Assembly (NCBI GenBank): GCA_030390025.1 | Contig: JASTWF010000367.1 | Span: 310,001-374,000 of the forward strand | Reading direction: 5' to 3' | Source of the DNA: Squalus acanthias | Lineage: Eukaryota | Length of the DNA: 64,000 nucleotides | Shown here: positions 35,371-48,852 of the stretch, one piece after another | How the letters are laid out: the number at the start of each line of letters is the position of its first letter | Position numbering within the stretch: position 1 is the stretch's first letter | Notes under the pieces: generated by a model | What the model was told of the DNA's origin: nothing | Seen by the model: only the letters and a program-made list of their open reading frames with translations | Databases searched by the model: none | Position numbers and translations under genes: made by a program

Positions 35371-37136
35371 ATCTCCTCTTTGTGCGAGAATGACCCCTAG
35401 AATATCAGAGGGATAGAGTTCAAATTAAATTTGTTAATGTTGTCACAGGAAGTGCTGGGCTTACCTCATTTGGACTGTGCGGACACTTCAAGTAAGCAAA
35501 TCATACAAAGGGTATTTCCGCACTTTATAGGTCACACAGCTCAGTACCAGAGATGCCAGGGATTCATGATTCCAGTTTTGAAGAAATTATAGAAAATCCT
35601 GCTTTCTATCTTTATAAAAGAGGAAACCTCCAGGTGATCTAATGCCAGTTTTAATGTTACGAGGAGAATGCACGAATTGCGCAATTTCTTGACTGTAGCA
35701 AGGACTTCAATCATAAAGATCTATAAATTCAAAATATGAAATTAGGATTAAGAAGGGGCGCCGGGTGGAACATTTCAGCTCACTGGGTAACTGTATTCTG
35801 TATGTTATTTACTGAATTACCAGGAGGTTCATTCAGCACAAACCTATTTATCTGCTTCTGAAATTGACAACTATGTTAACGAACGTTTATCACATGACAG
35901 ACATAACCTTCTGTAAACAAACTGCAACATCCATGTGCTGCGTAACACAGGCAAATCTAAGCTGATGAACTTCAATCTGAGGAGTTTAACAATAAAGAAA
36001 TACAACGAAAAAAGCAAGAAAATTATCCTGAAAGAAGCGAATAGCATCAAAAATACACCTATAAATGGAGTACACCTGTCACTACATTTACTGCAGTTTC
36101 GAGGCAATAATAGGAACTCTATTATTTAACGTTATTTTGTTAAGTTGCCGATTTATCCTAATCATCCTCACAGTTGTCAATGGGATAGTCTGCGGTGCCT
36201 GTCCCGACCGTAAAAAATAAAAAGCTGGCGATCCAGTTATATGCACTCTATTGAAGTACAAACGGAGGGATTCGGTTGCGTTGTGTTGAAGGGGCCCCTG
36301 CACAGCATCAAATGCACGGAATCTCCTGTGTTGCGAATCCAAATATTTTCCCACGTCGTGGAGATCCCATTGTTGAAAAGCTGGATTTTATTATCCTGAA
36401 GCATATATGCTGAGGAAGAGTCGAATCCTTCATTCACTCCTTTAACTCCTCACTAAGGAATTGGACGAAAGAGGAGGAGGGGCGGGGTTATGCTGCATTG
36501 CAGTATTGAGCGTTAAACGGACTGACGTGCTTTGCGACTCTGCTGGATTCTGGGAGTTGCAGTCCACCCGAGATAGAGCCTCAAACTGAACTGGGGCATT
36601 ATGAACTGGGCTGATTATCATGATTTTGAAAAGTTAGCAAAATTATAAGATTCCGAATCCAGAAAGAGATGCACGGTTGGTTTGAAACTTCAGGAGGAAT
36701 TTCTCACAGATAATTGGTGATAAACCCCTAATGTTTAGTTTAAATTCCAATTTGAAATTATATTTATGCATTTATTAGCTTTACTAATGTATTTTAATGA
36801 TTGGATATAGTGCGTGATGCGCTTCAATTGAACCACTAGCAATAATATAATAATTGCAATAGTTTTCTGATTGATTCCAATTTCTCTTATAGGAAATAAA
36901 AACCCAATCACCCTTGCTTAGCTGTTAGTGCTAATTGGTGAGAAAGGTCTCGCGGAGGGTTGAAGTGAATTCATGTCTTTCTCTGCAGTCTGAGCTCCTC
37001 ATGTGAGCCCATATCTCCCAAAGTGACGCCAAGATCCCACATCCGTTTCACACAATCAGTCTCTGCGCTTTCTTAGTGCAGCATTTGTTAAATGTATAAC
37101 CTACGCTGCGACTTACTGCGAACAATGGCACGGGGA

Positions 37137-38830
37137 TCATAGAATCATGGAATCCTAGAATTATACAGTACAGAAGGAGACCATTTGTCCCATTGTGCCT
37201 GTGCCGGCTCTATGAAAGACATAACCAGTTAGTCCCACTCCTCTGCTACTTATTTTGTTTTTCATTTGTTATTGCTCATGTCCCCGCTGGCTTTTGTGCC
37301 AATTACATTGGGCCAAAAATTGATCCCGCTGCGCGAGAGTACGCACTGCGTACTCTCGCGTATTCTCTCTCCAATTGCCGGTTTTCTGCATGCCCTGCGC
37401 ATGCCCTGAAAACCGGCACTTGGTCTTTGGAAAAGGGGGCGGTTCCTCCGTGCATCGCGTGCGCGCTACAGGCTGCGCGCACGCTGTGCACTTCGTGCTT
37501 TGGACGCGCAGGTAAGGACGGAGATTTTAGAAATGGAAAAAGGAGGAGTAAGACCCACTTTTAACAAGGTAAGTAGTGAATTAAGTATTTTTTTGATTTT
37601 TTTTAACAGGTATATCTTTTTTAGAGACTTTAAAGACCGGTAAGTTTATTTTTATAACTTTTTAAAAGATTTTAAATTTTTTCAAAAATTTAATTTTTTA
37701 TTTAAAATGGTTAATTTATTTAACTATACTTATTTTATTAATGTGATGGTTTTTTTTAAAATTTAATTGAGGTTTAGCTGTTATTTTGGGGGGGTGTAAG
37801 ATTCATAGCTTTCACAGCACGTATGTGAAACTTATGAATGGAAGATGGTGTGCTGCCATTGGCTCTAACTGAGTCACGTGATCCCACAGCTCGCACGAAT
37901 TCACTACGCCGGTGGGATACGCAAGCACTGCCCAGCTGATGTCTGGAACATCAAGTTCGTGCGAGCTGGATCTGAAAAAGCCAACGCGGAGTGAGAGATC
38001 GCGCCTGCTCCTTAACCCCGCGGGAACAGAGCGAGATCAATTTCTGGGCCATTAAATCTGTGTCCTCTGGTTACCGAGCAGTCTGCCCCCGGAAGCAATT
38101 TCGTAGAATTTCCTTTATCTAAACCATTCCTAATTTGTATTCAACTTGGTGCTCCCCTGAATTATTTACCTAACATTTATCTTAAGCTTCCCGTTTTCTG
38201 TTTTCAATTTTGAATTCAGTTTTGGCTTCAATTTTTCTGACAGGTCTATTATGTAGTACTTTGTCAAACGCCTTTTTGAAAGTCCATATACACAACATCA
38301 ACTGCACTAGCTTCATCAACCCTCTCAGTTACTTCATGAAACGACTCAATCAATTTAGTAAAGCATAATTTCCCCTTAAAATATCTGTGCTGGCTTTCAT
38401 TGATTTGCCCACATTTTCCAAGTGCCAATTAACCTGGTGTCGGATTATTGTCTTTAAATGTATCTGCACATCGTTAGAATGACTGGCCGGTAGTTATCAG
38501 GTTTATCCCTCTCCCCTTTTTTTGAACGGGATGTAATATTTGCAATTCACCACCACTGTGGCAGCTCTCCCATATCTAAGGAAGATTTAGTGACTCCAGA
38601 GCCTCTGCATTTTCAACCATTACTTCCCTCAGCTACCGCGGACACAGCCCATTTGGACCGGGTGACATTTCTACTTTGAGCCCTGCCAACCTTTTATGCA
38701 ACTCCTCTTTATTTATGTTTTCCTATCCAATTTCTCTGCTATCGCCTCCTTTACTGTGACATTGACAGCATCCTTTTCTTTAGTGAAGACAATTGCAAGG
38801 TATTCATTTAGTACCTAAGGCATGCTACCT
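37137..38830 (-). mobile_element. Decayed CR1-type LINE interrupted by a MITE
   Basis: (CATAGAAT)n tail near 37137; reverse-strand ORF2-like sequence resumes after 38053. Confidence 0.7.
37310..38050 (+). mobile_element. Non-autonomous PIF/Harbinger-like MITE, copy 1
   Basis: Imperfect TIRs GGGCCAAAAATTGATCCCGC / GCGAGATCAATTTCTGGGCC; 3-bp TSD ATT; GC-rich ends and an AT-rich core. Confidence 0.8.
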
Positions 38831-41800
38831 GCCTGCACAAGAAAATCTCCTTTTAGATCTGTATTCATCCCCATCCTTGAGAGTGCCACACTCCCTGAGG
38901 ATCCCAGCACCAGCTGCCTCTTCGCACCCTGCCGATGGCCGCCACCAACTTACTATCCTCCTGAACTCACTGTGGCTGCGGGGTGACCACCTCCTGGAAC
39001 ATGTGATCGAGCAAATTCTCAGCCCTGCAGTGACGCCAGCCGCTCCTCAAGCTCAGAAACTCTGAGCTTAAGTTCGAGCAGATGGAGGCACTTCGTGGAC
39101 ACGTGATTATCATGTAACATGTCACAGGAATATCCACTGTTGTTACCAATGTAAATTGCAGCATCTAAATTCAATAGTGACAGAAATCACGATGGAAGCT
39201 TAAAGAGAGTTTGAAAATAAAATAACATTAAATTAAATTGAACGAACGTACAATAAACTTAATTCAGTTGAAATAAATGAATTTCATTTAAATTAAATAA
39301 GTGACATTAAATTAAATCTAATGTGTTATATGGCATTTTAGGCATTACTGTACATGGTTGTTGCTTGGAACACAATTAACCTCCGATATGCATTTTCCAC
39401 TGATATTTGTTCCAATTCTATTATGTTCTTTGCTTGAAGCGTTGTAGAGTGAACTGATATCCTGGGGCTGACAGACTTGGTGTTGGGTATTACTCCCATA
39501 ATTTGTTGGTCCGGCATAATTCCGGCACTGGGCAAAATGACATCGGGTCACTGAGAAAGCTGAAGCATTCTGAGAGAGATGCTGATCGGCGGCTGCATTT
39601 CCTATCAAGCAGACTGTGACCTCACTTCCTGCTGCCAATCGTGAAGAGCGCCACAGTCTGTCGTACCGGGTTTCTGCTGACGTAGGGCGCGTTTCAAAGT
39701 GAATCTGGTTCGTTACAATTCAGACACTAACAGCCAATGGGTGCAGCGCTCAGCCGATCCTGTGACGTGTCAGCAATTATATTCAGGAGCTCCTGAATCT
39801 TTCATTCCTTGCAGTGTGTTTGTTCAGCAATTTTGTTATATTTTTTAGTTCAAGCATAACAAATACATCGCTAATATTTATGCTTCCTTTTTTCACGATC
39901 ATTAGACTTGTGGGCATCAGCATTGGGCATTAATTGTCTTCCCTTTAGTCTAACGCAAAATTTATTTAATTCCTGCCATGGTAAAGGTCCCTTTAGATTC
40001 TTCTGGCATTGAGTGGAACAAGTGGCAGATTCCGATGCTAAGGAAAGCCGTCAGACTCAGGATGGACCTCTACAATCCTCCACTAACAGTTTACAATCAC
40101 AGAACTCACTGCACTGTTATACAAACACATCCAACGCGATCATCGTGTTCCGACTTATTGATACACACAATGGAGAACTTCACGCCAGTTATACCCCAAC
40201 TATTCAATCTTTCTTTCTACCTCATTATGCAATAGATTTATAACAAACATTTAAATCTGTTGCCGCGTCTAAGGGTTTATGAGAGCCGGTTTCATCTACA
40301 TGAACTGAAATCTGACCCACAATCCAAATGCTGTCACTGCCCAACTGACTCTGATAGCAGAGTCTTGACACAATTGCTGACTACTTCACCAGTGTCGGCA
40401 CTTTATCAATTAGTATTCGGGAAATATGGAACAAGATAATAACTCCGTATCTATTGAACTTCCCTCCGCTTTAGTTAATTCTGCCGAATAAAGCACAGGT
40501 TCATGTGAACTTTCAAACTTCGATGGAGCTTAAACTGCCGGTAGGATATTTTACACCTGCGCAATGGTCTTTTTCATATAGTCTATGGGTGGCCGACAGT
40601 CCGCTCCAGACAGATTTCAGCCCAGGCCGAATTTGAAAATGACTTTAGTTTCAGAATATTCAGATTCCACTAAACCCAAATGGATCGATAACTAACATGA
40701 CAACTTGTGTTTAAAACAGATACAATTGGGGACGCTGAAATGCTCCTTTATACTAGTCCTGGAGGATTGGCTGGAAATAAAGGACTTGGTATGAAATTAG
40801 TCATGGGAGGAGAGGCCAAACCGGCGGAGTCGCATCGCTCGCCTGTTATACGCTTCTATGGAACTGAATATTGGGCGGTGCCTATAACAGGAAGCGATGT
40901 GATTCTGCCTTACTGCCCAAGACGAGTTTCTACCCCTTGCAGTTATATAGCGCCTTTTAAGGCCCAGGACTTCCGAACGCGCCTCACAGCGAATAAAGTA
41001 CTTCAGTCTCTTAAGTAATGTCAGGAAATCCGGAAGACACCATCCCACGAACAGCAACATGATAAATGACAAGATGGGACAAAATTGGGCATGGGCGGGG
41101 GACACGAAACGAACGGTATCGCATCGATCGCCTGTTATACGCTGGGCCCGATATTCACTTACATTGACTTTATTAGCAATGAATATTGTCGTATAAAGGT
41201 CGGCAAATGAGATTCGTCTGGTTTGCGACATTTTCCGTGTCCAATTGCTCCCCCAATGATCTATTGTAATTCTGTCTGTTCAGGAATAAATACTGACCAG
41301 GACACCGGAAGATTAGAGATACCATGCAAGGCCGACTCGTGTAACAATTAGGAACTCTTTAGCAAACCACGAACTTAATTACTGTTTTTCTTGTAGACCC
41401 TAACCCATTATAGACAGGCAACGTAAGAGCTCTAACCTGAATTATCACGGCCCCACCCCTCCCCTTGGGTTCAGGACGGGAAATTCCCGCACTGGGCGCA
41501 AAACTACGCCATCAGGAGAACTACAGAAAACCGGTATATGAAAGACAGCGCACAAACCGGCTGTCCAAAATAAAACACATTCAAAACAATAAATTGTATT
41601 GGAAATTTCAAACAATATATGCGATGCTGATCAATCACGGAAGGCGTGTAAAGATCGTGTAGACACTGCGCTGGCTGTATTCTATGTGCAACCGGGTATA
41701 GTGAAGATCAGACCAGTGGACGCAGTCCGCGACACCTCCTCTGCTGATCTTACACATCCTGCAGTGTGAACGGTGGATTTGACCAATCCCAGGGGCAGCC

Positions 41801-42148
41801 TCTCCTCCACATCTTCCAATCACTAACCCAAGCACCGCTGCTTATATTGGAAAACAGTTTCAGCTGAGGCACAACAGGAGGGCGGAAAAATGTTAGTTAA
41901 TTGGCTCAAGTATTCAGCTGATGTCTTTGCAACGAGCAATGCTCTCAAACCCAGGTCCGCAGTGGGGCCGGGCGGAGTTCTGAATACACCGCCTTGCACT
42001 GGGGATACCTGGTCAACAACAGTTTATATAAGGCAGGGGATTATTTATTGTCTGTGTGCAAACACAGACAGAGGATTGTTCCAACTCAATACCTGGTTCT
42101 AACATTGTACAGATTGTTGAATTAACTGCCCCTATTATTTAGAATATT

Positions 42149-42891
42149 GGCCCAGAAATTGATCTCGCTCTGTTCCCGCGGGGGTAAGGAGCAGGCGCGA
42201 TCTCTCACTCCGCGTTGGCTTTTTCAGATCCAGCTCGCACGAACTTGATGTTCTAGACATCAGCTGGGCAGTGCTTGCGTATCCCACCGGCGTAGTGAAT
42301 TCGTGCGAGCTGTGGGATCACGTGACTCAGTTAGAGCCAATGGCAGCACACCATCTTCCATTCATATGTTTCACATACGTGCTGTGAAAGCTATGAATCT
42401 TACACCCCCCCAAAATAACTGCTAAACCTCAATTAAATTTAAAAAAAAACCATCACATTAATAAAATAAGTATAGTTAAATAAATTAACCATTTTAAATA
42501 AAAAATTAAATTTTTGAAAAAATTTAAAATCTTTTAAAAAGTTATAAAAATAAACTTACCTGTCTTTCAAGTCTCTAAAAAAGATATACCTGTTAAAAAA
42601 AATTCAAAATAATACTTAATTCACTACTTACCTTGTTAAAAGTGGATCTTGCACCTCCTTTTTTCATTTCTAAAATCCTCCGTCCTTACCTGCGCGTCCA
42701 AAGCACTAAGTGCACAGCGTGCGCGCAGCCTGTAGCGCGCACGCGGTGCACCGAGGAACCGCCCCCTTTTCCAAAAACCAAGTGCCGGTTTTCAGCGCAT
42801 GCGCAGTGCATGCAGAAAACCGGCAATTGGTGACAGAATACGCGAGAGTACACAGTGCGTACTCTCGCGTCGCGGGACTAATTTTTGGGCC
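42149..42891 (-). mobile_element. Non-autonomous PIF/Harbinger-like MITE, copy 2 (inverted)
   Basis: Reverse complement of 37310-38050 with few substitutions; flanked by ATT and AAT. Confidence 0.8.
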
Positions 42892-43598
42892 AATATGAAT
42901 TCTTACACAGCTTTGCCTGTTGATCCAGGTCGCTGATTCAGATTAACTGCAGTCAGGTTCTCTGTGACAAAATTAGTAAAAACAAACATTAGCTTTATTT
43001 TAATGTAGCTGGACAGCCTTCAACTAATTCTCAGCAATAGAGACATCAGCAAAAAACAGGTAAAACGACGCAACGCCAGTTAACATGCGAAGAAATGCTG
43101 AAACATCGCGACACTGTGAAGGAGACAGCGGCACCGCTCCTTATTCCCAGGAGATCGGATGAGGCGATCGGTGCCGCTGTAATCAGTCCAAGCAACACTT
43201 TCAGCATACCAACGAGAAAAATTAAGGTCACCAGGAGTTCTAAACCACCGAATCTTATCCTAAATCTGGCGGATATTCCTGTCAATTACACGGTAGAGTT
43301 AAATTACAGTCCGCGCTCTGTCAGATATTAAACCCGTTGATCAAATACTCTATTCCATTATTAAAGTTCATTCATCACTGACAAATTTCATACTTGAGGC
43401 GGAATGTCCTTATTTGTCAGGAATCGTCAGCCAACGAACCCACAGTCAATTTTGGGTTAAATGACACAGGGGACACAGATATAGTCGTGTTCATGTGAGA
43501 TTTTACAAGAACCATCTTGATGTAGCTGTAAGGAGAGAGAACCCCAGTTTAAGCTGGAATAGGAGCTAAAAGTGAATTTTAATGTTGCAAAAGGAGCT

Positions 43599-46500
43599 CT
43601 AGTTCGAATTTCTTTTATTTTTAACCAATCTTTGAATCAGTGTCCAGTGAGATTTCAGCACCTTCTTCAGCTCTTCTCTGAATTTCCTCTGGGTCGCTGC
43701 ATAAATACAGGTGTTCAGACAGGAACTCAAAAGCTTAAGCATTGCTCCGGTTTCAGTGGCGATATATCCAGGGTTTGTGCGGTCGCCTCGGTAATAATTG
43801 ACGTTTGTCAGTCCGGTAGTTGCAAAACTTACGACAGCTGTCAACCACAACAGTATAAAACTGCCCGATATAGTGAAGAGTAAAATGCTGGATTTCATTC
43901 GGTTCTCCATCTCTGGGTCACTTTGATTCTCACTGCTCTGACCGCGGAGTCCCCTGCGAGCTCTGCTGGCCACTAAAATACGTCTGATTGTCGAAGAATT
44001 GAACAAAGCGATTAAAGTAAAAGGAAGCCAAACTAGCCAGGTGTTGTGAAACCAAATGTACGCTACACCTGGAGGTGAGGTAAAGAAAGTCACACTTGAC
44101 CGACAGCCCCACTGCACATTGTTCATTATTTGCTGAGGTTCATATGCAAACAAAAGGGGGATGTTTTTCAACAAGTTCATAACAGAGAACGTTGTTATGA
44201 CTGCGGCCGCAGTTCTCGCGGTGCAATACTTTGATTTAAACTGCTGGCAGCAGATAACAACAAATCGGTCAAATGTGAAGCTCACGGTGAACCAAACAGA
44301 CAAATCTATAGTGAAAATAACCATGTATATAATGAACTTACAGACGGGAGTGTGGGACAGGAATGAAAGTGGAAAGTGATAACTGAAGATATAATACACC
44401 ATTACATTGAAGATCATGACCAGTAGATCTGCTGTTGCCATGGCCACCATGTAGAGAGAGATACACTTGGAAAGGCCACAGTTTCCTCGGGAGAGAATCA
44501 CAATTGTCACCAAATTCGCTGTAAGAAAGAAATAGGAGAGAAATAATGTTTCAGTGTCTGATTGTAATATATATGGAGATACCTGTTCAGAACATTTACT
44601 TCATTCACTGTGATTATCAACACGGAGCAGTGTGAGAACAGGATTAGTATTGGAGCCATTACCTGGAAAACCCACACACACATTTTAATGAGCTGCTGCA
44701 GCGCTCAATCTGCACGGGGGGACAAGACGGTCCGGAAACTATAGGCTAACTATAGACCGGTTAGCCTAACATCTGTGGTAGGTAAAATTTTGGAGTCCAT
44801 TATTAAGGAAACAGTAGCAGGACATTTGGATAATCATAATTTAATAGGACAAAGTCAGCATGGTTTTACGAAGGGGAAGTCATGTTTGACAAATTTGCTG
44901 GAGTTCTTTGAGGAAGTAACATATAGAGTGGATAAAGGGGAACCAGTGGACGTAGTGTATTTAGACTTCCAAAAGTCATTTGACAAGGTGCCACACAAAA
45001 GATTATTGCTTAAGGTAAAAAATCACGGGATTGGGGGTAATATTCTGGCATGGATAGAGGATTGGCTATCTAACAGAAAGCAAAGAGTTGGGATAAATGG
45101 TTCATTCTCATTCTCAGACTGGCAATCAGTAACTAGTGGTGTTCCGCAGGGGTCAGTGCTGGGTCCCCAACTCTTTACAATCTTTACAATCTATATTAAC
45201 GATTTGGAGGAAGGGAACCAAGTGTAACATACCAAAATTTGCAGATGATACTAAGATGGGAGGGAAAGTAGTGAGTGAGGAGGATATAAAAAACCTGCAA
45301 GGGGACATAGACAGGCTAAGTAAGTGGGCAGAGATTTGGCAGATGGAATACAACACTGGAAAGTGTGAGGTGATGCACTTTGGCAGGAAAAATCCTAGAG
45401 CAATTTATTATCTTAATGGCAAGAAACTGGAGAGTACTGAAGTGCAAACGGATCTGGGGGTCCTGGTGCACGAAACTCAAAAGGTTAGTATGCAGGTGCA
45501 GCAAGTGATTAAGAAGGCAAATGGAATGCTGGCTTTCATTGCTAGGGGGATTGAATATAAAAATAGGGAGGTATTGCTTCAGTTGTACAAGGTATTGGTG
45601 AGACCGCACCTGGAATACTGCATACAGTTTTGGTGTCCTTACTTAAGGAAATACATCCTTGCTCTCGAGGCAGTGCAAAAAAGGTTCACTCGGTTAATCC
45701 CGGGGATGAGGGGGTGGTCATATGAGGAGAGGTTGGATAGATTGGGACTCTACTCATTGGAGTTCAGAAGAATGAGAGGCGATCTTATTGAAACATATAA
45801 GATTGTGAAGGGGTTGGATCGGGTGGATGCGGGGAGGATGTTCCCGATGACGGGTGAGACTAGAACTAGGGGACATAGTCTTAGAATAAGGGGCTGCTCT
45901 TTCAAAACTGAGATGAGGAGGAACTACTTCACTCAGAGGGTGGTAGGTCCATGGAATATGCTGCCACAAAAAGCTGTAGAAGCTATATCATTAAATAAAT
46001 TTAAAACAGAAATAGACAGTTTCCTAGAAGTAAAGGGCATTAAGGTTTACGGGGAGCGGGCAGGAATTTGGACATGAGTCTAGGTTCGGATCGGTCATGG
46101 CCCTGTGGGTAGTGGAGCGGGCCCAGGGACCGTGTAGCCTGATTCTGCTCCTATTTCGTGTGTGCAATTCTGTTAGATGCAGGAGATGGTTCTGTGATAG
46201 TAGATAGTAGATTGGCGGTTAGGATCAGATCAGCCATGATCTTATTGAATGGCGGAGCAGGCTCGAGGGGCCGATTGGCCTACTCCTGCTCCTATTTCTT
46301 ATGTTCTTATGTTCTTATGAAATCCGCTAAAATCCTTGTGTTGGAGCTTCAAAGAACATTGTAACATCAGTGAGGTTATCGGATTAAGGGGAACACAGAA
46401 GTGCGGACAGGCGGTTCCCTAGTAGATCCAGTCACTACTGACTGTGTAATGCTGACATCCACAAAACGCGTCACCTTACCCAACAGGTAGTAAGAACAAG

Positions 46501-46616
46501 GGAATAATAAACACCGATTAACAATAAACAGGTTACAATGGCTCACCGGGGACACCGACGGCTGCGAGAATCGGGTAGTAAATATCTTTTATCAGCAGAA
46601 TCGTTGGTCGCCACAT
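43599..46616 (-). CDS. GPR139/GPR142-like class A GPCR, paralog 3 (intact, 329 aa; exons 46616-46547 and 44518-43599)
   Basis: Exon 1 MWRPTILLIKDIYYPILAAVGVP with GTGAGC donor; ttcttacAG acceptor; 7TM with FDRF and NTCIY; intron enlarged by a CR1 insertion. Confidence 0.9.
44738..46318 (+). mobile_element. 5'-truncated CR1-type LINE in the intron of GPCR paralog 3 (antisense to the gene)
   Basis: RT motifs QHGFTKGKSC, YLDFQKSFDKV, GVPQGSVLGP and KFADDTK; (TTCTTATG)n tail; absent from the homologous intron of paralog 2. Confidence 0.93.
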
Positions 46617-47039
46617 TTTCTGTGAGAATGGATGAATTCTGTCGGATCTAAAGGACTCTGACTGGTGCACGGCTGAGGCAATGGAAGGGAACCTATATTT
46701 ATCCACACATCAATCCTTCAGGGAGTCAATCAGGTTTAGTCATAATTAACATTAGTTACAGTCATTTAACAAATAGACTCAGGTAATTTTTCTTTTGTCT
46801 CATACGTCAGATTAAGAGAAATGTTTGAAATTGTTTTCGGAAATTTTCGAAAAACATTCTTTACAAGTAGAACGTGTAATCTGGTAGTAATGGTGCTAAC
46901 CCTATTCCCACAGCAGTTAGTGAAGGCAGCTCCCCTTCCACTTCACACCCCGATCCTATGCTTGGCTTAGTCCGAGTGCTTCAACTCCTCCAGAACAGGT
47001 GGTGAACCAAATCGTGCAATATTGGTGATGACACCAATC

Positions 47040-47170
47040 CTGCAACATTAAAAAACGTTGTACCTCCTGTAGTTGTTGTACACCTACACTTAGAGTAGAG
47101 GTGAGCGTCCTGCTTCTGTGGTAGTGAAACCCGACACTTAAACTCGAGTTGACCGTGCTACTCCTGTACT
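47040..47170. repeat. Degenerate 49-bp minisatellite upstream of GPCR paralog 3 (continues at 55597)
   Basis: Units such as ttgaccgtgctactcctgtactag and acctacacttagag match the reverse complement of the 28270-29470 unit. Confidence 0.6.
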
Positions 47171-47691
47171 AGAGTCATAGGGGTAAAAATTCAGTTGGTT
47201 GCGCCTCCCGTTAGCGCCTTAAAAGGGCGCTAATGGGGCGTTAAGGCGCTAACGCCCGGGCGCAGCGCTGTTTGCGCCGCTCGAGAACTTAACTTGAGAT
47301 TGTGCGGCGGCGCTAAAACTTACCGCTGCGACCACCTGCGCGCGCAGATTGTGACGTCAGTCCGTGGTGCAACGCCCTTGGGGCGCCCCGGAGCGGAAAT
47401 TGAGTGGCGCCCCCTGCCTTACCGCCTGGCGCTTCCAACGACCGGAAGACTGGAACGTTATCAATCGGTGTGGGGCTGGGGGGGGCGCTATTTAAAGGGG
47501 GCCTCTTCCTGTCTTTTTCTGTGGTCGACATTTATGCACCACTCGTTCTGAGAGAGAGAGAGAGATTCGGAGAGAGAGAGAGAGAGACTTCTACATTGAC
47601 TCAACGCTTTGTGAGGTAGTTTTGCCTAGTTCATCCTAACTTTGCTGCTACTTTCGTTGCTGTACCTCATTACTTTTCTGGCAAAGAGAAT

Positions 47692-48852
47692 ATGGGGGCT
47701 GCAATGATTGGGGGCGTCGTCCTGCTCCAGCTCAATCGGAGGATAGTGAGACGCAGACAGAGAGTGGCAATGATGCCCAGACGGAGGAGGGCCATCAGGC
47801 GCATGTACAGGAGAGCTTACCCTCCCAGGGTATATCGTGAACAGCTCTCCTACATCCACATCTCCGAGGAGCTGTGTTTGCGAAGGCTGCGATTCAGCAA
47901 GGAGGTGGTCACTGAGCTCTGCCACCTGCTGCAGCCAGATCTGCAGCCTCAGCTGAGGTCCAGGACGTCTTTGTCGGTGGCAGTGAAGGTCACAGTGGCT
48001 TTGAACTTCTACGGCACTGGCTCATTCCAAGCTGCTGTTGGGGACCTCGCCAATATCTCCCAGTTTGCGGTGCATCGCTGCATCCGGCAGGTCATCAATG
48101 CCCTCTTCACAAGGAGACGAGACTTCATCTCCTTCCCTATGACCCCAGACAAGCAGCATGACCGTGCTATGGGCTTTGCGAGGGTAGCGGGCTTCCCCAT
48201 GGTGCAGGGCGCCATTGACTGCACGCATGTGGCTTTGCGTGCTCCGCGAGAGAATGCAGAGGAGTTCCGGAACAGAAAGGGGTTCCATTCCTTGAATGTG
48301 CAGTTGGTCTGTGACCACAGACAGGTGATTCTCGCTGTCAATGCCCACTATCCGGGCAGCTGCCACGATGCTTTCATCCTGCGCCAGAGTACTGTGGCAG
48401 AAATTTTCGAGGCACCGCATCAGCCAGTTGGTTGGCTTCTGGGGGACAAGGGGTACGCATTGAGCACCTGGCTGATGACACTGCTCCGTGCGCCAAACAC
48501 CCCTGCTGAGCTGCGGTACCAGGAAAGCCAACAAGCAACCAGGAACATTATTGAGCGCACAATCGGCGTGCTCAAACAACGATTCCGCTGTCTGGACCAT
48601 TCCGGAGGAGCCCTGCAGTACTCGCCTGAGCAAGTTTCCAAATTCGTAGTGGTGTGCTGCATGTTGCACAACATGGCAATCCTCAGGACGCAGCCAATGC
48701 CACCAGGCCTTGCAGCACCACAAGAGGAGGAGGAGGAAGAGGAGGAACAGGCCGAGGACGATGATCAGCAGCAGCACCAAGGCAGGAGGGCGGCCCACAA
48801 TGGTCAAACTGCAAGGGCCGTCCGTCAACGACTAATAGCAAGCCGCTTCTAG
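47692..48852 (+). CDS. Harbinger DDE transposase (HARBI1-like), 386 aa, open frame
   Basis: GAIDCTH, NRKGFHSLNVQLVCD, PGSCHDAFIL, LGDKGY and IERTIGVLKQRFRCL motifs. Confidence 0.93.
   Translation: MGAAMIGGVVLLQLNRRIVRRRQRVAMMPRRRRAIRRMYRRAYPPRVYREQLSYIHISEELCLRRLRFSKEVVTELCHLLQPDLQPQLRSRTSLSVAVKVTVALNFYGTGSFQAAVGDLANISQFAVHRCIRQVINALFTRRRDFISFPMTPDKQHDRAMGFARVAGFPMVQGAIDCTHVALRAPRENAEEFRNRKGFHSLNVQLVCDHRQVILAVNAHYPGSCHDAFILRQSTVAEIFEAPHQPVGWLLGDKGYALSTWLMTLLRAPNTPAELRYQESQQATRNIIERTIGVLKQRFRCLDHSGGALQYSPEQVSKFVVVCCMLHNMAILRTQPMPPGLAAPQEEEEEEEEQAEDDDQQQHQGRRAAHNGQTARAVRQRLIASRF

Noticed and set aside
37310..42891. A single 5.6-kb transposon with 740-bp TIRs and cargo
   Set aside because: Each arm has its own TIRs, and copy 1 has its own TSD with the host CR1 continuing on both sides, so these are separate insertions.
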